This document shows positions 1 to 10,485 of a stretch of DNA of 64,000 bases, in pieces. The DNA lies in contig CM060732.1 of assembly GCA_030704615.1 (NCBI GenBank), positions 11,098,001-11,162,000 on the forward strand, in the 5' to 3' direction. The notes beneath the pieces are model-generated. The model ran no database searches, was not told the origin of the DNA, and saw only the letters and a program-made list of their open reading frames with translations. The DNA comes from Takakia lepidozioides. Its lineage: Eukaryota > Plantae > Bryophyta. How positions within the stretch are numbered: position 1 is the first letter of the stretch; every line of letters starts with the position of its first letter. Both the position numbers and the translations under genes were made by a program.

Positions 1-1157
1 CTGCAGCGTTGTTCGAGCGGCTAGCATAAGCCACTACGAACTCTCTTCCCTCATCATCCACCTGTGTGAGCACCGCTCCAAGCCCCAGCATGCTCCAATC
101 TGTATGCAGCTGAAAAGGACGCCCCCTGATAGGTCGTCTCAAGATGGGCGCCGAGGTCAACCTCGCCTTGAGCTCTTGAAAAGCTTGTTCTTGCTCATCT
201 TCCCACTGCCACTCCTGGTCCACCTTGGTCAGTTTGGTTAGAGCCTTTGCAATGGCACTAAATCCCTTAACAAACCGTCTATAATAGTTTGCTAAACCCA
301 TGAAAGCTCGAACTCGGCTCACATCCGTGGGGCGTGGAATCTGTGCAATGGACTCTACCTTAGTCTGCTGTACCCCCAATCCTCCAGGATATATCATGTG
401 ACCCAGATACTCAATTTGGTTGTGGAAAAACTTGCACTTCCCCGGATGTAACTTCAATCCGTGCGCCCTCAAGCGCTCAAATATCACCTGAAGGTGTCTC
501 TCATGCTCCTCCACCGTAGCACTAAAGATGATGATGTCATCTATGTAGCACCGAGCAAACTCCACCCCTGCTAGAATCCTGTCCATGACTCTCTGAAACT
601 CTGCCGGAGCGTTCTTAGCCCTAAGAAAACTGGTGATATCCGGATCGTAAATCCAAAGTGCTAAAGACCTTGGCATGCCCAATGGCATCAAAGATCTCCT
701 CTGGTGTCGGCATGGCATACCTATCGGACTTGGTCTGACGATTTACAGGCCGGTAATCACCGCACATACGTCTCTCCGTCCAATTGCCATAGACATCCTT
801 CTTGGCTGGCATCACTGTGGCTGAAGCATACTCTCCCCCAGATAGCTCCACCAAACCAGCCTCCCAAAGGTCCTGAGTTCTCATCTGAATCAAGGACCTC
901 TCCATGTCACTGTATCTATAGGGTCTCCGAAAGATTGGCGTGTCAGTAGCCAATTCAATGCGAATCTCTTGACCCTTCAGTGCTCCTAAGTCCTTCAAAC
1001 TGAAGGCAAAGCAGTTCCTGTAAGCCCTCAAGAACCGCCGTATACGTCGTCTCTCTCCTCCGGTGACTATAGGTCCAACATCAGGCTCCCAGTTGTCCTC
1101 CGTGACTGCAACCTTGAGTCCAGCAGGCTTAGAGGTAGAAGACGCGTCCCGTGGTTG
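1..1157 (-). pseudogene. pol (RT and start of RNase H) of copy 1, with an internal deletion near 625
   Basis: ORF 621-1031 (RMCGDYRPVN, TLDLRSGYHQ) matches the pol of copy 2. The segment LPIKEADKQKTAFW...RFLPF is missing. Sequence 1-620 aligns to about 44930-45550. Confidence 0.9.
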
Positions 1158-1160
1158 CTA
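1152..1160 (-). promoter_or_regulatory. Putative stop-codon readthrough signal UAG CAA CCA (copy 1)
   Basis: TAG at 1158-1160 is followed by 42 sense codons in frame with the RT ORF. The context fits CARYYA. Confidence 0.75.
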
Positions 1161-4100
1161 TGCTGCAACCTCTTGAGCAGTGACCACTGCCTCCTCTGTC
1201 AGTGACAATGTCTCATCCTGCCCCATCATCCCATCCTTGAGGACCTCCTCAACCCGAGAAAAATCCCCAACCTCATCCATCAGCCGCCTTGGCTGCCAAC
1301 TCCTTTGAACCTCGAGCACCTCCCACGTGTGCCATGGATGCGGCCTGCACCTCGTGGTCCTCACCTGTTCGCCCCCACTCGCTGCCTGTACCGTCTCGGT
1401 AGGCAGGGAGACCATCAAGGGAAGTGTACTCCGTACTCTGCGCTGCTCAGCCATAGCCAAGCTGATAATCCAGGTCAAGCAATTGAGATCCATTGCTTGC
1501 CCCAACACCTGACGACGTGATGCCTCAGAAAGAGATGGCACCGCCGTGGTACCAGTGGTAAAACCCATCGCCCGCTCGCGCTCGTCAGCATTGGGCTCCA
1601 CTAATTGCTGCAACTGGCTATCCCACAAGAGGCCAGGTCCACCATCCCGGAAAGCATGAGATCCTGGAAAGCTGAGCAGTGTAGGCAATGCGGCTCGTGG
1701 GTGACCCACCTTATTGACCACTGCCAAAGGTGATCGGTCATCGTGTCTCACACGCTGAGACTGTCTCCCTATGTCCAAAATGCTATCCACCGTCAGGTGT
1801 GGTGGCCGCTGCACCCCATCAAATGCACGCTTGAGCAGTGCAGGTGGCATCAAGTTGGTCCACCATAGTCGTGGGCGATGAGCCCGTGACCCCACTGCAG
1901 CTGCATCCAGCAACACTGCACCGCACTTGATGCACACTGGCCATCACCTTGGCCCGAGAATCACCCATCAATGGCACATTCTCCAAGATATATGCTGGAG
2001 AGTCTGCTGAAGTTGTAAATAGCGTAGGACCCTCAACATTCCCAAAACAGGCGTGACCTTGAGTCTGTAACCCATTGCCATGCCGGCTGATGAATGCCCT
2101 TGGCAGGGCCAACCTGCCACTACCAAGTGAATAGGGACCCGCTCCAAATCATGCGCCCCCAGCAAAGAGATGTCTGCTGGCAAGGCTTGTTGGTATCCAC
2201 GAACTGCAGACACTGGCAACAAATCAGGGTACTGCTGTACCAACTGAGCAACATGGCGCAGTGAGACGCGTCGTGCAGTCTCATCCCTCTCCACATACAG
2301 GTAACGTCGAACTCGTACACCTGCCTGCAGCACTGCAGCCAATCCAGTGCTGATCCCGCCAAACAAGTCCAGAAGGCATATGCCTTCACCTGGTGCCAAT
2401 GGCATCCTCTCCTGACGGTACGAAGGCCTCTACCCAGGCTTGTTGCACCGTCTATCAGCAGCCTGCTGCAAATCCTTGCTCGTACCCCATGGAGTGTGAG
2501 CAACCATGGCAGCAACTCCGCCGTACCATGCATGTCATCCTGCTCTGCTGGAGGTGGCACATCCTCTGCATGGGCATTGCCCTCCAGCAACTCTCCAGGC
2601 CAACTAACTGCAGCTGTGAAGGCTGCTAGTGTTGGCATCTTGCCCCGCTGGGCAGCAGCAACACCCCCAATGAATGTCACAGGGAGTTGTACACGACGAC
2701 CATCCCCTGACTGCCATCCAGGCCTGTAGGATGCTGACTCCTCCCAAAAATCCAGGGTGAAGCCCATGGGATATAACACTGCCCCACCAACGAGGACATC
2801 GTAAGAGACCGCGTCTGTCACAATGGCCTTGGCTCGCATCACTGAGCCATCTATAGGATGATCCGGCTGTAGTCTAATGGCCAACTCACGCCGTGTCATG
2901 CCCCGAGCCTGCTCTGATCCTCCCAGAGATGTCTGTATCTGGAAAGGACAAGGCTCCATATCCGCCTCCATGAGGCCCAAACCTGCAATAGCAGCTCTGC
3001 CCAACATCAGTGGCTGAGCTCCCGAGTCCAACAAGACCCGCAGTGGCCGGTACCTCTTGCCTGCCGGTCCACTCAAAGAGAAAATGTCATCCTGGTTGTC
3101 TAACAAGACAACTCCAGGTGTCACCATGGCGCGCTCAAAGGCTGGCCTAGCTGGCAGCTCCGTCAACCTGGCAGCTGCAGCTTGCCATGGCGCAGCCGTG
3201 GCAGTCTTGACCCTCAAATCCGAGGATCCCTCTGCCACTACACCTTCCACTAACTCCGCAGAAGATGAAGTGACCTCCCCACTCTCGCAGAGTGTTGCTG
3301 CTAGTCTGAACACTGCAGCTGGTCTTACCCCCGGCGTCGCAATCATGGTTGCCGAGAACAGTGGGGCCTGACACACAGAGGTGGCTGCCCCCAACAACAC
3401 ACTGGCTGCACTAGCCTTGGCAGCAGGTGTCAGTGCTGCACGTGTAGCTCTCCCCAATGGCACAATAAGCCTCTGTATCTGTCGGGCGAGAACTAGGTGC
3501 CATGGATGTCGTCGACACTGTCTCCCCCAAGATGAATGATTGAGGCAACCTAGCCTGACGGCTTGCCTCCCCACGCTGTGGATCAACTCCACCTCTGCAC
3601 CTCGTGGCTCAGGAACTCGTGCTGCTCCTCGAGTGACGGCTGCAGCAGACTCCACCTGCACTAGTGGTAGTGCTGCCCCACACATAAATCCCATGCCTCC
3701 CATGTCTCCTCCGTCAGGATGACGCTGCTGAGGAGGAACAGGAGGTGGACCCTCAGGTCTTGGAGCTGGTACCACCTGAGCTGTGGCCATGGCAGCAAGC
3801 CTTTGCTCTAGTTGCTGAAGCCGGTTGGCCATGCCTTGGTCAACCCTGACCTCCACGTCCTTGGCCATATGCTTGCCCTCGTCCTACACCTCGTGCCTGA
3901 CCACCTCGTCCTCTCTGAGGTGCTCCACCTTGCCCTCGGCCACCATTGTTCCCTTGGAACTGGCCTTCCGCAACTCAGGGTGCAAGTCATAACACTGGGC
4001 ATCTCCATGCCCATACTTGCCACAATGCCCACACTGCAACTGTGCAGGCTGTGCTTGTGCCGGCCTTTTGCCACTCTCTGGGCAATCTTTCTTGACATGG

Positions 4101-5259
4101 GGTCCTCCACATTCCAACATATCACCCTGGTTGCTGTTGGCTGCAAAAGAGCTACTGGCCTGCACTGAGGTCCCCTGTAAGCTCCATGGAATTTGGGTTG
4201 GGAAACCTTGCCCCCCTGACCACGCTGTTGGGCAGTCCCTTGTGCCTGTTGGCTGGCAGCTGCCCTCGTGCAGGCATGTCTTGCCAAATCCAATGGTAAC
4301 AACTCGCTCCTCCACCATGTTGAGCTCAATCCGCTCAGCCAGCAGAAACACATCTGCTAATGTGGGTTGGGGCTGCTTGTAACAGGGTTGCATCCCGCAC
4401 CCTTCTCCTGAGCTCCTTGTCCAAAATTCCATACCAGAACTGGATTGCCTGAGCTTCAGTAACCCCTTGGGTCACACTTATCAAGCGCCTCATACGAGTG
4501 TAGGCCTCTCGCAAGCTCTCACTGGATTTGCGCTGGAAGTCTTGCAAACTTCGCAGCTTCTCTGTCCGTACACCTTGGTAGTTCCTCCGCAACTCCTGGA
4601 AGAACTCCACCACCGGGTTGAATCTAGGCACATGTGTTGTAGTCGTGGCAGGAGGAGTAGTAGCACCTTTTGAACTGGTACCACCTGCAGAAGTAGGCAC
4701 TACTTGTTCCACTACTAGTGCTGGCAGTGGGAGATATTGGTGCTGATGCAGCTACTGGTCGCGTCGTGCCTCGAGTAATGGAGACGTAGTCAGGTGACCA
4801 ATACATCCTCCACTCCTCAATCTCTGCTTCATGTCCTCGCCTGAACTCGTGGTAATCGTCCATAGGCGGGCCTTCCAAAATGCTGGAACAGTTCCACGCC
4901 ATGAATGGGGTGAACAGCTGTGGATGCGCATCTGCTGCAAATCACACCAGCTGTCGAACTCCTGGATAAAGTCATCCAGCTCGATTGTGCCCACAGCTCC
5001 AGAGTACCTACGAGGCCCTTGGTAGCTCCATACATCTCCTCCATGTCGTCCCACAACAATGGCGAATGAAACTGCACACCTGTTGATGAAGCCTCCGAGT
5101 CTGTGTCTGACTCTGCACTAGTTGAGGGTGGAGGTGAAGGTGGTCTGAAACGAACACCTCGTCTGTGAACCCACTCTCACTGCTACTGCCTGTAGCCGTA
5201 CTCCCCTCAAAACCCTTGGGTAACTCCGTGATGACACTCACAACCCGCACCTCCCCCAC
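1158..5259 (-). pseudogene. gag-protease-DNA (cytosine-5) methyltransferase of copy 1, frameshifted
   Basis: Fragments in several frames: zinc knuckles CGGPHVKKDC and CGHCGKYGHGDAQC, protease LLDSGAQ, and MTase motifs DLFGGISTG, GWPCQG, ENV, AHRPRLWWTN, ERERAMGF and RRQVLGQAMD. Confidence 0.9.
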
Positions 5260-7394
5260 GTGACACTATAAGGCTCTAGTACTAATTCTAATAGTGACAC
5301 GGGAGCACCTGTTGCGGATTAAGGGTCATATCCCAGTGGCTAAGGGCACCTGCACCTGCATCCACCGCAAGAACTCATATGGTTGGCTGGTCATCAACCC
5401 AGTCTCACCATAGAAGAAACACTGGTGGTCTTGCTGGTCATCACTCCAGCCTCACCACCGACAGCATACTCTAGGATTGACCGGTGATCAAATCCGGCCT
5501 AATCCCTATGAAAGCAGCGCCCACACAAAACCAACATGGCGCACAGTCAAGCATGCAGGTGTTGGGGGGGATCCAAACACAAGAAATCAAAACATCAACA
5601 CCCCCACACCAAAATCCATCTGCAGTGCTGATCCTGCAGAATATCCCAGCCCAAAAACCCCGGACTGACTGGCCTCCACCAAGAGAGGCTTTGGCAACTA
5701 CAAGTACAAAGTAATGAAAATAGTAAAGAGAAGGAGGGGAAGAATAAAGGCCCGACCAAGCAAGATCTAATCCTGATCTATGCTATCAACTGCCAGACTT
5801 CTCTCAAAGTGCCTCGCTCTGCATGATGGTAAGGTGTAGGAGGTATATCTATGTCCAGAAACCTGCCACTAACCTTATCCCAAGCTACAGTAGCTCGCTC
5901 TAACCAACCCTCCTCCTCTCTGCCAGGTAGAGACAAAGCAATACTCCCCTATCTCCCGCTCACTGAATACTAAAGAAAATAAAGTAGGGTCTGACAGTCT
6001 CTCAACTCGAAAGCTTTGAGACGGTTGCGGGTGTCCTCGTTGCGAATGACTGCATCTCCTTCAAGCAGAACAAACTTTTCATTGCTAATGAACCCCCGCT
6101 CGTGGTTGCCTTGTGCAGAGCGTGTCCGGCTGCAACCATGTCTGATTGCACAAACTTGTGTAGCTCCTGCTCCTCTGCTCCAGTACACCACGGCCTTGTG
6201 GCTGAACACCTTGGTCCCCGGGGCTGTCTTTGGCTGTGTTCCAAGCCTAGCTTCCACCCACTTTGGTATTTCACCTACAGCTGCAGAACTGCTTGCTTCA
6301 ACAGAGTTCTGACTGTCCAAAGCAATATTGAGGCCCTCAACGCCAACTACAGCAGTTTGTTGTCTATTGCTAATGCCTGACTCCCAGTATGCAATCAACT
6401 CGTCCAACTGCTCTCCACTCAATCAGTCTGAGTTCCTTGAGAAACATAAATCTTGTCCCCTTGTGTGCACAGGCTAAGAGAAGAGACCTGCCCTTCAATT
6501 ACGTCCTCATTTCCCCCAGCCATACAAGGAGGACATCCACAGATTTGTCTCTCATGTAGACCACAAACAGGTAATAGAATTGTGGATCTTTCATAGCACA
6601 CTCACACTCACACTCAAAAAATTCCATAGATTTTTAGCAGAGTCCAAAAAACTAAAACCAGATAGATAGGTAGATTTCCCCTTTCTACAGCTATCCACTC
6701 AAAAACTGTGTCAAACGGGGCTCATATGACAAAGATATGGCCAAAGAGGCTATGTAAATATAATATATGACCTTAAATAGAAACAAATACAAGGAAAAAC
6801 TATTTTCAATTGGTTTCCTTTGGTTCCCTGTTCCCACGTTTTTTGCGATTCACTGCAAGTTCCCTAAGAATTCCTTGGACTCATGCCAGGCTCATATCTG
6901 AAATATGACGATCTTAGATTTTTCAACTCAATCAAGATCGGAACTACCATGATAAAGGTAATGTCTTCATTGGTATGCCAAGTTCCAAGTGTCAGAATAA
7001 TAACACCTTGTTGAAGCTGTTGCGATCAATGGGCCACCTTATCGTTGTTGTATGAGATGGATCCCCTGTCTACTGCCTTGTCCCAGATGGAAGCCGAAAC
7101 ACATGAGGGTAAATCTGAGATGCAGCTGTGCATTCAAGCATGATCCGAAACACCTCCATTCACTGCTCGCGGTGTGGTTCACTGTCTCCTCTGCTTTCAC
7201 CCTCACTAGAGATCCACATCTACAGATTATACCTCCCACTAGAAATGTAACACCATTGCAGCTCCAGGGCTCGCATTCTCAGGCTCCACCTTCATTTCAC
7301 GGTTCACCAATGCCTGGAGCCACAACTCAGAACGTGCGACTTGACCACTATAGCGGCCTTTGTACTGAGACAAGGCTGGGCGCAAGCTGGGCAT

Positions 7395-8119
7395 TTACGG
7401 AAACCCCTCCGAGAAGCAGATGAGGCTCTCGGCAGATTGCCCGGCAGGTTTTGCTTGTAAATCAATCTTGTTAGCCAGCGATTGCAGGGCCTACACCTGA
7501 AGCTCCAGGAACATCAAATAATCAGCGGTCTCCTCCAGCAAAATGGGAGTGTCCATACTTGTTCCACCGGGAATAAGCTTTTGTAGATCCATGATGCGAG
7601 TATCACTGACCCGAGCGTTCACACCACGATTGGCATCAGATCCGAATCTGTGGCAGTTCTTCAGAGATCTTACAGTTTTGATCCCCACAGATTTGTGGAG
7701 TGCCCTGAGTCTCCTGTTTGATGCCTTGTAGAGGCGTGAATTCTTGTACAAAATCCTTCTAGATCTCCCTGCGAGCCTTTTAAAATTGGCCACCAGTAAA
7801 GGCTTTCTAGTGACTTGCCAATAACCCCCTTTCCCGCTGCAATCAGACGACGCAATGTGACGGTATGCCCGAAAACTGGCTAACCTCCTCCTAACACCAC
7901 CTTTGCTCTTCACTGGATGTATCCTGGGTTCCACGAAATTTGAGACAGGCAGGCACTTACAATCCAAAAAAAACGAGCCGGCTTGGAGTCACCCACGGCA
8001 AAGCCCTTCATCTCCACTCCACACGGGCAACCCTGAGACGATGATAGGATCGCTGCAGAAGAATCTAGGCACGAAAAAGAGCTAACCTCTAACCCATCGT
8101 TACTTGACGAATCAATCAT
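7395..8119 (-). pseudogene. Atypical (IBH1/UPBEAT1-like) bHLH gene with a premature stop
   Basis: HLH signature RIMDLQKLIPGGTSMDTPILLEETADYLMFLELQV. The frame continues past TAG 7491-7493 as ALQSLAN... to TAA at 7395-7397. A probable N-terminal part (ORF 7910-8119) joins through a homopolymer frameshift near 7966-7972. Confidence 0.75.
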
Positions 8120-8369
8120 GCAACATTCATCCCCAGTAGCCTAAGCAAGCTCTCTACTTAAACGCGTGACTCCAGCAAGATCCGCTAGCAGTAACTGCAA
8201 GTGAAGTATCCGCCGCAAGCTTAATAGCTTTCTGCCGCTCCGGAATGGTTAAATACTCAGCTGAATTATTCACAGACCTATATAATACCAAGTTATATTA
8301 TAATAGTGCTAAAACAAACATCATATCTAGCTTAGCACTAGAAAACTAGATAGCGTCATCTCTCTCGAG

Positions 8370-8717
8370 TGATTGAAAACTAAACTCACACTGTTGACAC
8401 AAGGACATGAAATACAACACCATCACTCGTTAAACTAAGAGTTGAGTCAGGGGCACCCCAAGCTATGGGGACTCCACCCCACAACATCCTATTCTCCCTT
8501 CATAAGCACACTCAGATTCTAAGCAGTGAAGGAGCTCGGTCGTGCAGGCTCAACTCGAGAGATGAGCCGCACGACTGACGAGCTCGTGAAGATAAGATGG
8601 TTCAGGTGTCAAGCTAAACTTGACACCTGACTTAACACTTGAACTAATTCCAAGTGTTAAATACAAATAACTAGATTTATTCTAGTTAGTTTTACACTGT
8701 GTTTATTTAACTTGATA
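8370..8717 (-). repeat. 5' terminal repeat (X-type LTR segment) of copy 1
   Basis: Shares AGGCTCAACTCGAGA-GATGAGCC, GTGAAGATAA, the three hairpins and the AACTTGA(C/T)A end with 53429-53755. Preceded by the complementary site TCTCTCGAG. Confidence 0.8.
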
Positions 8718-10069
8718 GCTTGAATGACACCATTAGAATAGTTGAAATGGAGCCGAAGCTACATTATCTTGAGTAGTGGCAGAATTGGCTTGAGCCTTAT
8801 AAATGCCGTTTTCTCTATCTCGTTTGCGCTTATTGCAATTAGGGGATATATGCCCCCTCTGCCCACAATAATGACAGATTTTGTCTCTATGTGACAGTTG
8901 ACCACTAGGGTTACTAGAAGAGGCTGCCATCTGGAAATTATTATTATAATCTCCATTGGGAGGGCCAAATGGTTCTCTAGTTCCCTTGAACTTCCCTCGA
9001 ACTTCCCTCGTTGTCCAGCAAATAAAACTAAAGGTTTACCATTAGAACTATCCGTGTGTCTCGTAATGGCCTCTTGCAAAACCTTACCAATCAAATCAGC
9101 AAGGGTTTGGTTTGCAACACTTCCTTGAGTGGTAATAAACGGCCACCATGAAGAAGATAACGCTCCAAGAAACATAGTGACCTACAGTGCTTTAGGGATT
9201 ACTAGCCCTGCAACTGAAGCATCATCTAACGCTCCTTGCCAATTTTCCAAGAACTCTGTTACAGATTGGGACTCTGAAAGAGTAAGCATCATAATATGTT
9301 TATGCATGCCAACTTGGGATGCACTATCCATGTGTTCATAGATAGATTTTAGTTTAGCCCAAACTGCTATAGAAGTTTTAAGAGATCTGACTAATTGAAT
9401 CTGACGATCTCCACAATGGAGAATCAATTCAGAGCGTGCTTTGGAATCTTTTATTTTCCAAGCAGCTTGAAGTGTGGCATCAGCCGCACCGGGGTCAGGG
9501 TCAATACCGTCAACCACTCCCCAAAATTCAGACATCATTAAAAGCATTTCCATTTTGATAGACCAAATGGAATAATTGGTACTACTAAGGCGATCAATTT
9601 GATACGCCCTTGCTGCAGGAAAAGATGGAGCAACCATGGGGAATCTATGTCGTTAGACAAGACCTAGCCAATGGCAGAGCGTTTGCTCTTGCCCTTCTAA
9701 TCCTTAACAACAAATTTCATAAAAATTGAATAAGCACATGGTCCGAGGTCCGAGGTCGCTGACTTTTGATAAATAATCTTTAAGACAAACGATTCAAAGA
9801 CAATCTTAAGTCGACTCATTAGATGGCTATGGATCGGTTGAGCACAAGGCTCTGATACCATGTTATAAAATACTAGCACTCAAACATTAGTGTAGAGTGA
9901 GTATGATTACTCAATTTTATGTATGTAAGAATGAGAGAGAAGAAGACATGACAATGTCTCTTCAACAACTCAACAGTCATACCTTAAAGGGTTGTGACCC
10001 TTAGTATAGACGTATCTATTCTATATGGATGTTAACTTACATAATCTAAATGTTGAATTACATCCAACA
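8718..10069 (-). mobile_element. Ty1/Copia element, 5' portion (LTR, PBS, gag), interrupted by Gypsy copy 1
   Basis: LTR TG...CA at 9861-10069. tRNA-iMet PBS TGGTATCAGAGC at 9849-9860. Copia gag motifs NYSIWSIKMEMLL and WKIKDSKARSELIL, plus zinc knuckle CHYCGQRGHISPNC. The sequence stops abruptly at the Gypsy repeat. Confidence 0.9.
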
Positions 10070-10344
10070 GCAAAGTCATGGGCACGATACCACTGACTGA
10101 AGATGACTCCGACGTTTTTTCAAACTGGGGCTCTCATGACACTTTGCAGACACGCAATGCCCACAGTGTTACCGAGAGCCTGACGTTTCTGCCACTTGGG
10201 TGGTTGAAGTGCGCATTGAGCCTTCAGCTATAGGTATCTAATGCGAAACAACCACGAATAATGAAACCCTGTAAGACTTTATTTACAACATGTACATATG
10301 ATGTGAAGTTCCCAAAAAGGGGGGGGAGGAACAAGAAACAAGAG

Positions 10345-10485
10345 AAGAAAACAAAAAGCTATAGTAAGCTACTCAGCTAGAGAAAAAACAAAAGCTATAG
10401 TAAGCTACTCAGCTAGAGAAAAAAACAAAAGCTATAGTAAGCTACTCAACCAGTGAAGAAAACAGAAGCTATAGTAAACTACTCA
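10345..10485. repeat. About 4 tandem copies of a 36-38 bp unit (AAAACAAAAGCTATAGTAAGCTACTCAGCTAGAG) at the 3' end of the RLE retrotransposon
   Basis: Read directly. The last copy overlaps the stop codon of ORF 10479-11180. Confidence 0.85.

Larger units (their letters stand above)
1..8717 (-). mobile_element. Ty3/Gypsy DNMT-carrying retrotransposon, copy 1 (degenerate; 3' part lies left of the window)
   Basis: Gag, protease (LLDSGAQ), C5-MTase, RT (YIDD) and RNase H are collinear with the complete copy at 42094-53755. A homologous terminal repeat lies at 8370-8717, about 3.1 kb upstream of gag, the same spacing as in copy 2. Assignment of 5300-8369 to the element is inferred from this spacing and from the PBS-like site next to the repeat. 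Confidence 0.75.

Noticed and set aside
6941-6960. CCA-TGATAAAG resembling a PBS/LTR junction
   Set aside because: Only 8 bp match the X end and no further LTR similarity follows.
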